Part shown: positions 43,785 to 52,442 of the stretch, one piece after another | Layout of the letters: each line of letters opens with the position of its first letter | Numbering within the stretch: position 1 is the first letter of the stretch | Assembly: GCA_016432285.1 (NCBI GenBank) | Contig: CP066682.1 | Coordinates: 352,933 to 416,932, forward strand | From: Candidatus Kaiserbacteria bacterium | GTDB lineage: Bacteria; Patescibacteriota; Minisyncoccia; Phycocordibacterales; UBA2100 | Reading direction: 5' to 3' | DNA length: 64,000 bases | The notes under the pieces: generated by a model | The model's database searches: none | Seen by the model: the letters and a program-made list of their open reading frames with translations, nothing else | Told to the model about the DNA's origin: nothing | Program-made: the position numbers and the translations under genes

Positions 43785-45515
43785 ATGGTATTGCTTCTCG
43801 TCTCGTTCGTCGCCGGCGTGCTGACCGTGCTCGCTCCGTGCGTGCTGCCGCTCCTTCCCGTCATCGTCGGCGGCTCTTTGGCGGGCGGATCTCGCCGGCG
43901 CGCGTATGTGATCACCGCATCGCTCGCGCTCTCGATCGTCGTCTTCACGCTCGTGCTGAAGGCCTCGACCGCGCTCATCGGGGTTCCTGAAGAGATCTGG
44001 CGGTATCTTTCTGGGATCATCGTGATGGTCTTCGGCCTCTTTCTCCTTTTCCCCGACGTGTGGGCCTCAATTCCCGGCGTGAACGCCTTGAATATCGGCT
44101 CGAACAAGCTGCTGGCGAGAGGGTATCAAAAGGGGAGCTTCTGGGGAGACGCGCTCATGGGCGCTGCGCTCGGCCCAGTGTTTGCCGGCTGCTCGCCGAC
44201 CTACTTCATCATTCTCGCGACCGTGCTTCCGGTACAGCCGCTTGTCGGGATCGTGTATCTCGCAGCATACGCCGCGGGCCTCTCGCTCATGCTCCTCTTG
44301 ATAGCGTTCCTCGGGGATCGACTCGTGCAAAAGCTTGGGATCACCATCGAGCCGAGGGGATGGTTCCGGCGTGGCATTGGAGCACTCTTCGTGATTGTGG
44401 GCGTACTGGTTTTCACCGGCGTGATGCGGGACATCGAGGTGTGGTTCGTTGAAAAGGGACTGAACTTCAGCCAACTCGAGTATTTGCTCCTTGGCAACGA
44501 AGAAGCGCGTGCCGCCGCATCGGTCACGGATCTTTCGCCCGAAGCGAAAGCGACTGCCTACGAGAAGGCGCCCGAGCTTGTCTCTCCCGCGGGTTACCTC
44601 AACACGGAAGGCGAGCCGATCACACTCGAGAGCCTCCGGGGCAAAGTGGTACTGTTGGACTTTTGGACGTACAGCTGCATCAACTGCCAGCGCACCTTCC
44701 CGTACCTGCGGATGTGGTACGAGAAGTACAAAGATCAGGGCCTTGAGATCGTCGGTATTCACACGCCCGAGTTCGCTTTCGAAAAAGTGAAAGCCAACGT
44801 CGAGAACGCCGCCACCCGTTTCGGATTGACCTATCCGATCGTGCAGGACAACGACTACGAGACCTGGCGTGCATACGGCAATCAGTACTGGCCGCGAAAG
44901 TATCTCGTCGATATCGACGGTTACATCGTGTACGACCACATCGGCGAAGGCGCATACGAGGAAACCGAGCAAGCGATTCAGCGCGCGCTCGCGGAGCGGG
45001 CACGGCGACTCGGGCAGGAGATGCCGCAGCAAGCGGCTGGTGAGGCTCCGGAAACGGTCGCCGTTGAGCCGGGCCGTGTCGGAAGTCCGGAAATCTATTT
45101 CGGATCATCTCGCAACGAGTACCTCGGCAACGGGGTGCAGTATCGAAGTGGCACGCAAAATTTCACGCTTCCAGATCGTATTTTTCCAAATGTTCTTTAC
45201 CTCGGCGGCAGGTGGGAATTTACCGACGAGGCCGCTCGCAGCGCGTCGGCGGGCGCGGAGATCCGCTTTACGTACACAGCCAAAAACGTCTACCTCGTGG
45301 CCTCGGCAGAGAGCGGCGTGCGAATCAAAGTAACGCACGATGGGGGAAAGGCTCTCGGTGCGACGCGCGGGGCGGATGTCGATGCAGACGGGTACGTGAG
45401 AGTCACTGAAAGTGGCCTCTACCACCTCGTGGAGAATGATGACTACGAAACGCACCTACTGGAGATCACGATTGAAGGCGCGGGGCTCGAGGCGTACACC
45501 TTCACCTTCGGCTAG
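43785..45515 (+). CDS. DipZ-like fusion: CcdA/DsbD-type transmembrane electron transporter + thioredoxin-like (TlpA/redoxin, CINC) domain + C-terminal beta-rich domain
   Basis: The N-terminal 6-TM part has the two CcdA Cys (LAPCVLPLLP and FAGCSPTY). The middle has WTYSCINCQRTFP. The C-terminal ~190 aa is beta-rich, as in mycobacterial DipZ. The ATG at 43785 lies 2 nt after the upstream stop. Confidence 0.75.
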   Translation: MVLLLVSFVAGVLTVLAPCVLPLLPVIVGGSLAGGSRRRAYVITASLALSIVVFTLVLKASTALIGVPEEIWRYLSGIIVMVFGLFLLFPDVWASIPGVNALNIGSNKLLARGYQKGSFWGDALMGAALGPVFAGCSPTYFIILATVLPVQPLVGIVYLAAYAAGLSLMLLLIAFLGDRLVQKLGITIEPRGWFRRGIGALFVIVGVLVFTGVMRDIEVWFVEKGLNFSQLEYLLLGNEEARAAASVTDLSPEAKATAYEKAPELVSPAGYLNTEGEPITLESLRGKVVLLDFWTYSCINCQRTFPYLRMWYEKYKDQGLEIVGIHTPEFAFEKVKANVENAATRFGLTYPIVQDNDYETWRAYGNQYWPRKYLVDIDGYIVYDHIGEGAYEETEQAIQRALAERARRLGQEMPQQAAGEAPETVAVEPGRVGSPEIYFGSSRNEYLGNGVQYRSGTQNFTLPDRIFPNVLYLGGRWEFTDEAARSASAGAEIRFTYTAKNVYLVASAESGVRIKVTHDGGKALGATRGADVDADGYVRVTESGLYHLVENDDYETHLLEITIEGAGLEAYTFTFG

Positions 45516-46867
45516 AGGCCGCAGACGGAGCAGAGCTCCCGCAAGATGCGCGCGGTTTCCGCAGGGCCCGCGACTTCGCGCGTTTTGATGCCGGTCGGGA
45601 TCACCATCGCGTCGTTGCCCCCGCGCTTCAGATCGTCGCCCACAAAGAGCATATCCTTCGGCTCCACGCCGAGGCGCTTGCTGAACCAGCGGACACCCAT
45701 CGCCTTGTCGACTCCCTTATGGGTGATGTCGATCGCCGTGCGACCCGAGACGCGCACGTCAAAATCCTTGAGGCGCCTTCGGAGGTAGCGCGCCAGCTTG
45801 TTGCGCTTCTTGCGATCCGGATCCCATGCGGCCTTCAGATCGGCAGGTGCATCGATGCCGATCGCGGCGAGCGTTACCTGATTGTCGCGCGCGAGTATTT
45901 TCTCACCGTACTGCGGCGTGTTTTCCATAATCCCGGTCTCCGAGATGCCTGCCTCGAGTGTTTTCGTCACGCGCTCAAACTCACCAGAGCCGAAGGAATG
46001 GTTGAACTCCCGCGTCCATGCGCCGTCCTTGCAGAGGAAACAGCTGGCGCACGTGTCGGGGAAGAGATGCAAGTTGGCAAGATTCGCGTCCGGCGGGAGC
46101 GCCGAGAGGAGGTACGTTTGCATGCGCTCAAAAGATGCGCCGCTCATGACTGCGACGGGCAGGCCCCTGAGGAGCCGGGCGAGATGCTGTGCGACTTCGG
46201 GCGTGGGTTTCTGGAAGCTCTCGGCGAGCGTGTTGTCGAGATCGAAGATGATCGCCTTGGGGCAGCGCTTCACGGGCGCGTGGCGGCGCCACCACTCAAA
46301 GAGAAGCGGGATCGAGCTCAAGACGATGATTGCGAGCACGATCGGCGTGATGTAATTTTCGGCATCTGGGATTGCGCGCCCGAGGGTGTAGCCTGCGAGC
46401 GTGACGCCGCCCGCCCAGAGGAGCGCACCCACGGCGTTGTAGAAGAAAAACACTCGGTACTCCATGCTTCCCACGCCAGCAAGGATCGGCGCGAAGGTAC
46501 GTACCACCGGTACGAAACGGGCGAGTAAAATCGTCGACTTGCCGTAGCGTTTGAAGAAAGCGTTGGTCTGTTCCAGGTGCTGCTGCTTAAAAAAGCGCGA
46601 GTCAGCGCGCTTGAAGAGCGCGAGCCCGACCTTCGCGCCAAACCAGTATCCGACGTTGTCGCCGAGGATCGCGGCGAGCACCAAAAGCGGCGCGAGGATC
46701 CAGATATTGAAGATACCCGCCGAGGCGAGCACCCCCGAGGTAAAAAGGAGACTGCCGCCGGGCAGAAAAAAACCGAAGAACACGCCGGATTCGAGGAAAA
46801 TGATCCCAAAGAGACCGGGGTAGCCGATGAGCTGGACGAGCTGAAGGAGGTCGATCTCGAAGGGCAT
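45512..46867 (-). CDS. DedA (SNARE-associated/TVP38) membrane domain fused to a C-terminal HAD-IIB-like (Cof/phosphomannomutase-type) hydrolase domain
   Basis: N-terminal GYPGLFGIIFLESGVFFGFFLPG.S.LF..G (DedA). C-terminal CPKAIIFDLDNTLAE ... GDDLKRGGND (HAD motifs I and IV). The start was trimmed to MPFEIDLL. Confidence 0.6.
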   Translation of the reverse strand: MPFEIDLLQLVQLIGYPGLFGIIFLESGVFFGFFLPGGSLLFTSGVLASAGIFNIWILAPLLVLAAILGDNVGYWFGAKVGLALFKRADSRFFKQQHLEQTNAFFKRYGKSTILLARFVPVVRTFAPILAGVGSMEYRVFFFYNAVGALLWAGGVTLAGYTLGRAIPDAENYITPIVLAIIVLSSIPLLFEWWRRHAPVKRCPKAIIFDLDNTLAESFQKPTPEVAQHLARLLRGLPVAVMSGASFERMQTYLLSALPPDANLANLHLFPDTCASCFLCKDGAWTREFNHSFGSGEFERVTKTLEAGISETGIMENTPQYGEKILARDNQVTLAAIGIDAPADLKAAWDPDRKKRNKLARYLRRRLKDFDVRVSGRTAIDITHKGVDKAMGVRWFSKRLGVEPKDMLFVGDDLKRGGNDAMVIPTGIKTREVAGPAETARILRELCSVCGL

Positions 46868-46898
46868 GGAGACCTCGCATTCTACCAGGTCGCGTGTT

Positions 46899-48176
46899 TT
46901 AGACGAAAGATTCGGGGATGGGGAATTTCTGACACATTGACCGGATCTCTTCACGGATCTCTTCATGCCTCTTCTTGTCGTCCTTATTTTTCATCGTCTC
47001 CACCATGAGATCTGCAACGCGGCCGCACTCTTTTTCCGTGAATCCGCGCGTCGTGATCGCGGGCGGGCCGAAACGGATGCCGGAAGGATCCATGGGGCCG
47101 CGAGGATCGTCGGCGATCGAGTTTTTGTTGAGGGTGATGCCGACCTCATCGAGCAGCGTCTCGGCTTCCTTGCCGGTGAGCCCCAGGGAGCCGAAGACAT
47201 CGGCGAGAATGAGATGGCTGTCGGTGCCGCCGGTTAGCATGCGGACGCCGGAGTCCTTGAACACGGCCTCCATGGCTTTCGCGTTCTTGAGGATTTGTGC
47301 GGCATACTCGCGGTACTGCGGGGTGAGCGCCTCGCCGAAGCACACGGCCTTCGCCGCGATCGTGTTCATGAGCGGGCCTCCCTGAAGGCCGGGGAAGATA
47401 CTCTTGTCGATCTTTTTCGCCACCTCTTCGTTTTCTCGCGTGAGAATCATGCCGCCGCGGGGGCCGCGGAGGGTCTTGTGCGTCGTGGTCGTCATCACGT
47501 CGAATCCGAAATCGAAGGGGTTCTTCATGGCCTTCCCGGCAATGAGACCCGCGATGTGCGCGACGTCCATGACCGCATACGCGCCTACCTCGCGCGCGAT
47601 GTCCACGAATTTCTGATAGTTGAGCTCGCGCGGATACGCGGAGTAGCCCGCGAGCACGATTTTCGGCTTCTCCTTCTTGGCAACCTCGCGCATTTCGTCG
47701 TAGTCGATCTCGCCCGTGTCGACGTTTTTCATCTTGTAGCGGACGAATCGGAAAATCTTGGTGAGGTAGGTAACGGGGTGGCCGTGCGTAAGGTGCCCGC
47801 CGTGCGAGAGATCCATTCCAAGAACGGTGTCGCCCGGCTCAAGAAGCGCGAAGTAGAGGCCGATGTTGGCGTTGGCGCCCGCGTGCGGTTGCACGTTGGC
47901 GAACTTGCAGTTGAAGAGCTCTTTGGCGCGATCTCTCGCGAGGTTTTCCACGACATCGGTGTAGGTCTGGCCGCCGTAGTAGCGTTTGCCAGGGTACCCT
48001 TCGGAATATTTGTTGGTGAGGATGGAGCTGTTGGCTTCCCGCACCGCGCGAGAGACGTAGTTTTCGGAGGGAATCAGCTCGATGCCTTCAGCTTCGCGCT
48101 TCTCCTCGCCTTCGAGCGCTGCGTACACGTCCGGATCCTGTTTTTTGACGCTCCCGTACAGGTCGGTGCTTCTCAT
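46899..48176 (-). CDS. glyA: serine hydroxymethyltransferase
   Basis: Full-length SHMT with the PLP-Lys region (TTTTHKTLRGPRGG). Length 425 aa. Confidence 0.95.
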   Translation of the reverse strand: MRSTDLYGSVKKQDPDVYAALEGEEKREAEGIELIPSENYVSRAVREANSSILTNKYSEGYPGKRYYGGQTYTDVVENLARDRAKELFNCKFANVQPHAGANANIGLYFALLEPGDTVLGMDLSHGGHLTHGHPVTYLTKIFRFVRYKMKNVDTGEIDYDEMREVAKKEKPKIVLAGYSAYPRELNYQKFVDIAREVGAYAVMDVAHIAGLIAGKAMKNPFDFGFDVMTTTTHKTLRGPRGGMILTRENEEVAKKIDKSIFPGLQGGPLMNTIAAKAVCFGEALTPQYREYAAQILKNAKAMEAVFKDSGVRMLTGGTDSHLILADVFGSLGLTGKEAETLLDEVGITLNKNSIADDPRGPMDPSGIRFGPPAITTRGFTEKECGRVADLMVETMKNKDDKKRHEEIREEIRSMCQKFPIPESFV

Positions 48177-48796
48177 AAAAGCGATTGTACCGTCTTCAAG
48201 ACTTCCGTCCAGACCTCCTCGAGAGGTTTGTCTGCGTCGATGACGACGGGCGTCCCGAATTCGGCGAGGTGTTTCTTGTAACCCTCCCGTACGCGCGTGT
48301 GAAATTCGATCGATTCGTTGTCGAAGCGCGTCGGCTCCTCCTCGCGGGAGTGGACGCGTGCGATACCGACTTCCGGCGACACGTCGAGAAAAATCGTCGC
48401 GTCGGGTTTGCAGTTTTCGAGAATGATATCCGAGACTTTCGTGTAGAGCGGCAGCAGCTCCGGTTTTTGCCGGCCGTAGATCTGGTAGGCGATGGAGGAG
48501 AGCGCGAAGCGGTTGGAGATTACATGTGTACCGCTCTCGAGCGCGGGCACGATGATCTCGGAGACCATCTGCGCGCGTGCCGCGAGAAAGAGGAGAAGCT
48601 CAGCGCGCACGTCGATTCCTTTCGTGCGCTCCGACATGAGGAGGTCGCGAATCTGATGCCCCAGGGCCGTGCCGCCTGGATCCTGCGTGTAGACGAAATC
48701 CGAAAATTCTTTCCTCAGCATGTCGACGATCGTGGTCTTGCCGGATCCCTCGCCGCCCTCGAACACGATGAATTTTCCACGCTGCATAGGCGGCAA
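48173..48796 (-). CDS. tmk: thymidylate kinase
   Basis: P-loop FIVFEGGEGSGKTT, the DRY/LID region and ~207 aa. Its stop overlaps the glyA start by 4 nt. Confidence 0.9.
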   Translation of the reverse strand: MPPMQRGKFIVFEGGEGSGKTTIVDMLRKEFSDFVYTQDPGGTALGHQIRDLLMSERTKGIDVRAELLLFLAARAQMVSEIIVPALESGTHVISNRFALSSIAYQIYGRQKPELLPLYTKVSDIILENCKPDATIFLDVSPEVGIARVHSREEEPTRFDNESIEFHTRVREGYKKHLAEFGTPVVIDADKPLEEVWTEVLKTVQSLL

Positions 48797-48801
48797 TTGT
48801 A

Positions 48802-49281
48802 CTACTCAAACTGATGTCCGATAACGTTGTCGGGATCGGATTTATTGAAAAGCTTTTCGCTGCCCTCAAGAAGGTACACACTTTTGATGCCCGCATCGAT
48901 CATCGTGCTCCAGCACGGCTCGCAGCACCACCAGTGGCCCCATAAATACAAATCTGCGCCCTTTGTATCTGCGCCGCTCTCCTTTGCGTTGCGGATCGCG
49001 GATGCCTCACTGTGATTCTCGTAGCCGCAGCCTGCGCAGAGCTCGTATCCGGTGCCCGTCGGGACGTTGTGCTTCTCACGCTCGCAGCCGTTTGTGTGCG
49101 GACCGGCGCCGATCGATCCGCGACCAATGATCGCGCCGTCTTTCACGATCACCGCCGCGCCCACGTGCCGGATCGTGTTGTTCTCCTTCGCGAAATCGCG
49201 CGCCGCCGCCATCCACGGATTCTCGAGGCGTACATACTCGATCGATCGGCCGGCGGGAAGATACGGGTAGGGGATCGTCAT
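48802..49281 (-). CDS. dCMP deaminase (cytidine/deoxycytidylate deaminase family)
   Basis: HSEASAI ... CCEPC zinc-binding motifs. The ORF-track entry 48802..50178 is chimeric: its 5' 900 nt is antisense to thyA. The start was trimmed to ATG 49281 (MTIPYPY). Confidence 0.85.
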   Translation of the reverse strand: MTIPYPYLPAGRSIEYVRLENPWMAAARDFAKENNTIRHVGAAVIVKDGAIIGRGSIGAGPHTNGCEREKHNVPTGTGYELCAGCGYENHSEASAIRNAKESGADTKGADLYLWGHWWCCEPCWSTMIDAGIKSVYLLEGSEKLFNKSDPDNVIGHQFE

Positions 49282-49305
49282 TGCCAAAATGTAGCACGTA
49301 GTACA

Positions 49306-50154
49306 ATGAGTCTCCTTATGGCCCGGTTCGACGAGATCTACCAGGAGATGCTCGGGAAGATCATGAAAGAGGGCGTGCGGCAGGTTTCGGGCCGCAACCA
49401 GCACGAAACGGTCGCGATCCCGGGGATGCACTTTTCGATAGACGTGGAAAAGGAGGGCTTCCCGCTTCTCACGCTCCGCAAGATACCGGTCAAGATGTTC
49501 GTGGCGGAGCAGATCTGGTTTATCGCGGGAGTGCGGAAGCCGTCGGATTTTTTGGAGGATTTCACGAAAATTTGGAATGAGTTCACGAATCCCGCGGGCG
49601 TCGTCACGGTGGCCTACGGCTACCGCTGGCGCAAGCACTTCGGCCGCGATCAGCTCGGCCTCCTCGTGAAATTGTTGAAGAAGGATCCGAGCTCTCGCCA
49701 CGGCGTGATCGTTACATGGGACCCCTCTGAAGACGGACTCGGTGGCACCAAAAGAATGAACGTGCCATGCCCGTACTCGTTTACCGTCAACATCATCGGC
49801 GGGCGGCTGCACCTCCACAACATCGTGCGCTCCAACGACATGGTGCTCGGATTTCCATCCGACGTCGCGGGCTTTGCGCTTTTGCAGTGCATCCTCGCGC
49901 AAAAGCTCGGCGTCGCTCCGGGCATATACAGCCACTCGATCTCCAACGCACACGTCTGGGACAATCAGTATCCGGTTGCCGAAGAGCTCTTGAAGCGAAA
50001 AAGCGAACATCCTGCGATCAAAGTGGTGTTGCCCAAAAACACGTTCGATCGCGCGGAGAAAAAAGACAAGAAATTGGTCGACGAGATCGTGAATCCGATC
50101 GCCGCGCAGTACCAGCCGCTTCCCGCGATTTCCGGCATGCAAATTGTGCTTTGA
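49306..50154 (+). CDS. thyA: thymidylate synthase (ThyA, folate-dependent)
   Basis: ThyA motifs (RLHLHNIVRSNDMVLGFPSDVAGFALLQ, PCPYSF). The start is ATG 49306 or the in-frame ATG at 49318 (MARFDEIYQ aligns with E. coli M1). A -10-like TACAAT overlaps the start. Confidence 0.9.
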   Translation: MSLLMARFDEIYQEMLGKIMKEGVRQVSGRNQHETVAIPGMHFSIDVEKEGFPLLTLRKIPVKMFVAEQIWFIAGVRKPSDFLEDFTKIWNEFTNPAGVVTVAYGYRWRKHFGRDQLGLLVKLLKKDPSSRHGVIVTWDPSEDGLGGTKRMNVPCPYSFTVNIIGGRLHLHNIVRSNDMVLGFPSDVAGFALLQCILAQKLGVAPGIYSHSISNAHVWDNQYPVAEELLKRKSEHPAIKVVLPKNTFDRAEKKDKKLVDEIVNPIAAQYQPLPAISGMQIVL

Positions 50155-50157
50155 GCA

Positions 50158-50774
50158 TGGATGATCTAAATAAGCCACTTACGGCGAGACAGGGTATTGA
50201 GCGAGAAGCCCAGCTTTCCTTTTTGAAGAAAATTTTTGAGAGTCAGCTTCCGGTGTATTTGGTAGGCGGCCTTGCGGATGACGCACTCCTCCATAAAAAG
50301 GCCACAAGACGTCACCAAGATGTCGACTTTTTGGCATCGCGCCACGATTCGGACCTGTTAATAGAGGAACTTTCGCGTATGGGCTACAGAGTTCGTGAAG
50401 AGGGACCGGTCCCGCTGCGAGAGAGCCCATATAAGCTGTCTATCCTGGGGAATAACATCAAAGCGGAAGTCGTTTTTTACGATAGAGATCAAAACGGCGA
50501 ATCTTATGTCGCACTATCGAACCCCATGATGGGTGAAAGGTTGCGGGTGTATGTCGATATGAAGGAAGCGATGCCTGCTCAGCAGATCAATGGTATCGAA
50601 GTGAAGACGGTTTCCACACTTACCCTCATACGTCTAAAAGACGAATACCATCAGGCGGGAGCGCCCGAATCCAACCCTCAACAGGTTCGAACTAGGAATA
50701 GACTCATTGACAAGTTCTACCCCGGAGAAAATCCTGATTCTGACAAATTCAAGCTTCGGATCGAGAAAGAGTGA
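50158..50774 (+). CDS. Pol-beta-superfamily nucleotidyltransferase (ANT(2'')/LinB-like small NTase); lower-GC gene inserted between thyA and dcd
   Basis: The GG-x-DDAL...HQDVDFL motif (GS...D-x-D) of minimal nucleotidyltransferases. Local GC is ~48% against ~62% in the flanks. Its ATG is 4 nt after the thyA stop, and its stop overlaps the dcd ATG. Confidence 0.65.
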
Positions 50775-51445
50775 TGGTTCGACGGTTGCTGGAAGCAAGA
50801 TATAATGCCAAGTCCATGGCCATCCTTACCGGCGAAGAGATCCTGGCGCGCGTGAAGAAAGGCAACATCGCCTTCTCTCCTGGGCTCGACCAGTTCCAGC
50901 TCCAGACCCACGCCGTCGACCTCCGGCTCGGCTTCACCTTCCTCATCCCGAAGTCGTGGCACATGACCGCGAAAGGTCGCGAAGCGTACCGCATCGATCC
51001 CTTGAAGGATCACGGTCCCGAATACTTCGACATCATCGAGCTCGAACAGGGGCAGTGTTTTGAACTCCTGCCGCAGGAGTACGTGCTCGTCTCCACCTTT
51101 GAGACGATCAAAGTGCCGGACGATCTCATGGCCGTGCTCTACCCGCGCTCGTCGGTGAACCGCAAGGGTCTTTCCGTCGATCTCACGGGCATCATCGACT
51201 CGGGCTACGAAGGGCCCCTCACGCTTCCCGTCAAAAACAACACACGCTCGCAGGTGATCCAGTTGCACCCGGGGGAGCGCTTCTGCCAAGTCGTCTTCGA
51301 GCAGCTTTCCAAAAAGGTGAAGCCTCGCCGCAGTCGGTGGCACCAGAAAGACGTGGTGGAAAAGGGCGCAAAAGAAAAGAGCGTGGAGATGAAGATGGTC
51401 TTTGGGGGAGATCTGAAGAAGCTGAAAAAAGATTTTGCAGCATGA
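50771..51445 (+). CDS. dcd: dCTP deaminase
   Basis: dUTPase-fold dCTP deaminase motifs (VDLTGIIDSGYEGPLTLPVKN, ERFCQVVF). The true start may be the ATG at 50813 (MAILTGEEIL). Confidence 0.8.
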   Translation: MMVRRLLEARYNAKSMAILTGEEILARVKKGNIAFSPGLDQFQLQTHAVDLRLGFTFLIPKSWHMTAKGREAYRIDPLKDHGPEYFDIIELEQGQCFELLPQEYVLVSTFETIKVPDDLMAVLYPRSSVNRKGLSVDLTGIIDSGYEGPLTLPVKNNTRSQVIQLHPGERFCQVVFEQLSKKVKPRRSRWHQKDVVEKGAKEKSVEMKMVFGGDLKKLKKDFAA

Positions 51446-51947
51446 TATGGCTGCGAGAATCTGTGCGGTCGTAGCGATCGGAAAAAATCGGGAACTCGGC
51501 AAAGACGGCAAGCTCCTCTGGCACATTCCCGCCGACCTGAAGCGCTTCAAAGAGCTGACGCTCGGGCATCCCGTGATCATGGGGCGTAAAACCTTCGAGT
51601 CGATCGTGGACTACCTCGGCGGCCCGTTGCCTGATCGCACCAATATCGTCGTGACGCGGGATCGTAGCTGGAAGCACGAGGGCGTGATTGCGGTGGGATC
51701 ACTGGACGAGGCTATCGCGCAGGCCCGGCAGCTCGATGACCAAGAAATTCACATCGGCGGCGGTGCGGACATATACGCGCAAGCGCTCCCGCAGATCGAT
51801 CGGCTCTACCTTACGCTCATCGATGCAAAAGGGGATGCGGACACTTTTTTCCCGGCATACGAAGACGAGTTTACGAAAAAGACGCTCGAAGAGGCGCACG
51901 AGTGGAATGGTTTGAAGTATCGCTACGTGAATCTCGAGCGTTCATAA
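51435..51947 (+). CDS. folA: dihydrofolate reductase
   Basis: ICAVVAIGKNRELGKDGKLLWHIPADLKRFKELTLGHPVIMGRKTFESI is a canonical DHFR. Length ~165 aa. Confidence 0.9.
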   Translation: MQHDMAARICAVVAIGKNRELGKDGKLLWHIPADLKRFKELTLGHPVIMGRKTFESIVDYLGGPLPDRTNIVVTRDRSWKHEGVIAVGSLDEAIAQARQLDDQEIHIGGGADIYAQALPQIDRLYLTLIDAKGDADTFFPAYEDEFTKKTLEEAHEWNGLKYRYVNLERS

Positions 51948-52374
51948 AAACGCGCCCCGGAGAAGACTCCGAGGCGCGGGAAAGATCCAGCTCGCATGCG
52001 ACGTAGAAGGTCGGCCGACCGGTGAAGCGGTTCACGCGCGCGTAGATGTGCGCCGTGCGCTCGGTGATCCGGGGCTTGAGGCAGGCGACGATTGCTTCAT
52101 GGTGCCCGCCCGACTCGTCTCTGAAGCCGAGACGCCGGATCGTGCCCCGCGTGGTGATTTCTGGCGAGAGCAGCGAGCGGATGCCGATGTCGTAGACTGC
52201 CTCCGCGCCGGTAAAGACCGCGATGCCGAGCCGCTGCCGTTGTTCGGCGAACGGGATTCCGGCGGACATGTCTTGCGCGATCTCCCGCGTCTTGGATCTC
52301 GGGTCGCCGAATGCGGTCATCAAGATCATGATCACAAATGCGCTCGCCATACCGGCGACAATGGATTTCTGCAT
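51871..52374 (-). CDS. hypothetical protein with an N-terminal signal-like hydrophobic segment (low confidence; its 3' end overlaps folA by 77 nt)
   Basis: ORF only, no homology recognised. The convergent overlap with folA and a hairpin after folA make it doubtful. Confidence 0.25.
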   Translation of the reverse strand: MQKSIVAGMASAFVIMILMTAFGDPRSKTREIAQDMSAGIPFAEQRQRLGIAVFTGAEAVYDIGIRSLLSPEITTRGTIRRLGFRDESGGHHEAIVACLKPRITERTAHIYARVNRFTGRPTFYVACELDLSRASESSPGRVFMNARDSRSDTSNHSTRAPLRASFS

Positions 52375-52442
52375 CTCACGTCTCCTCGTGCTGTGTTGCC
52401 GTCCGAAAACATTTATGCGTCCGGAGAGGAAGATTGTCAAAA

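Noticed and set aside
49282-50178. 5' 900 nt of the 458-aa ORF 48802..50178, and the 5' extension of the thyA ORF (49012..49305)
   Set aside because: The 5' part of the minus ORF is antisense to thyA. Deaminase homology starts at Met 49281. The thyA extension is antisense to the dCMP deaminase gene.
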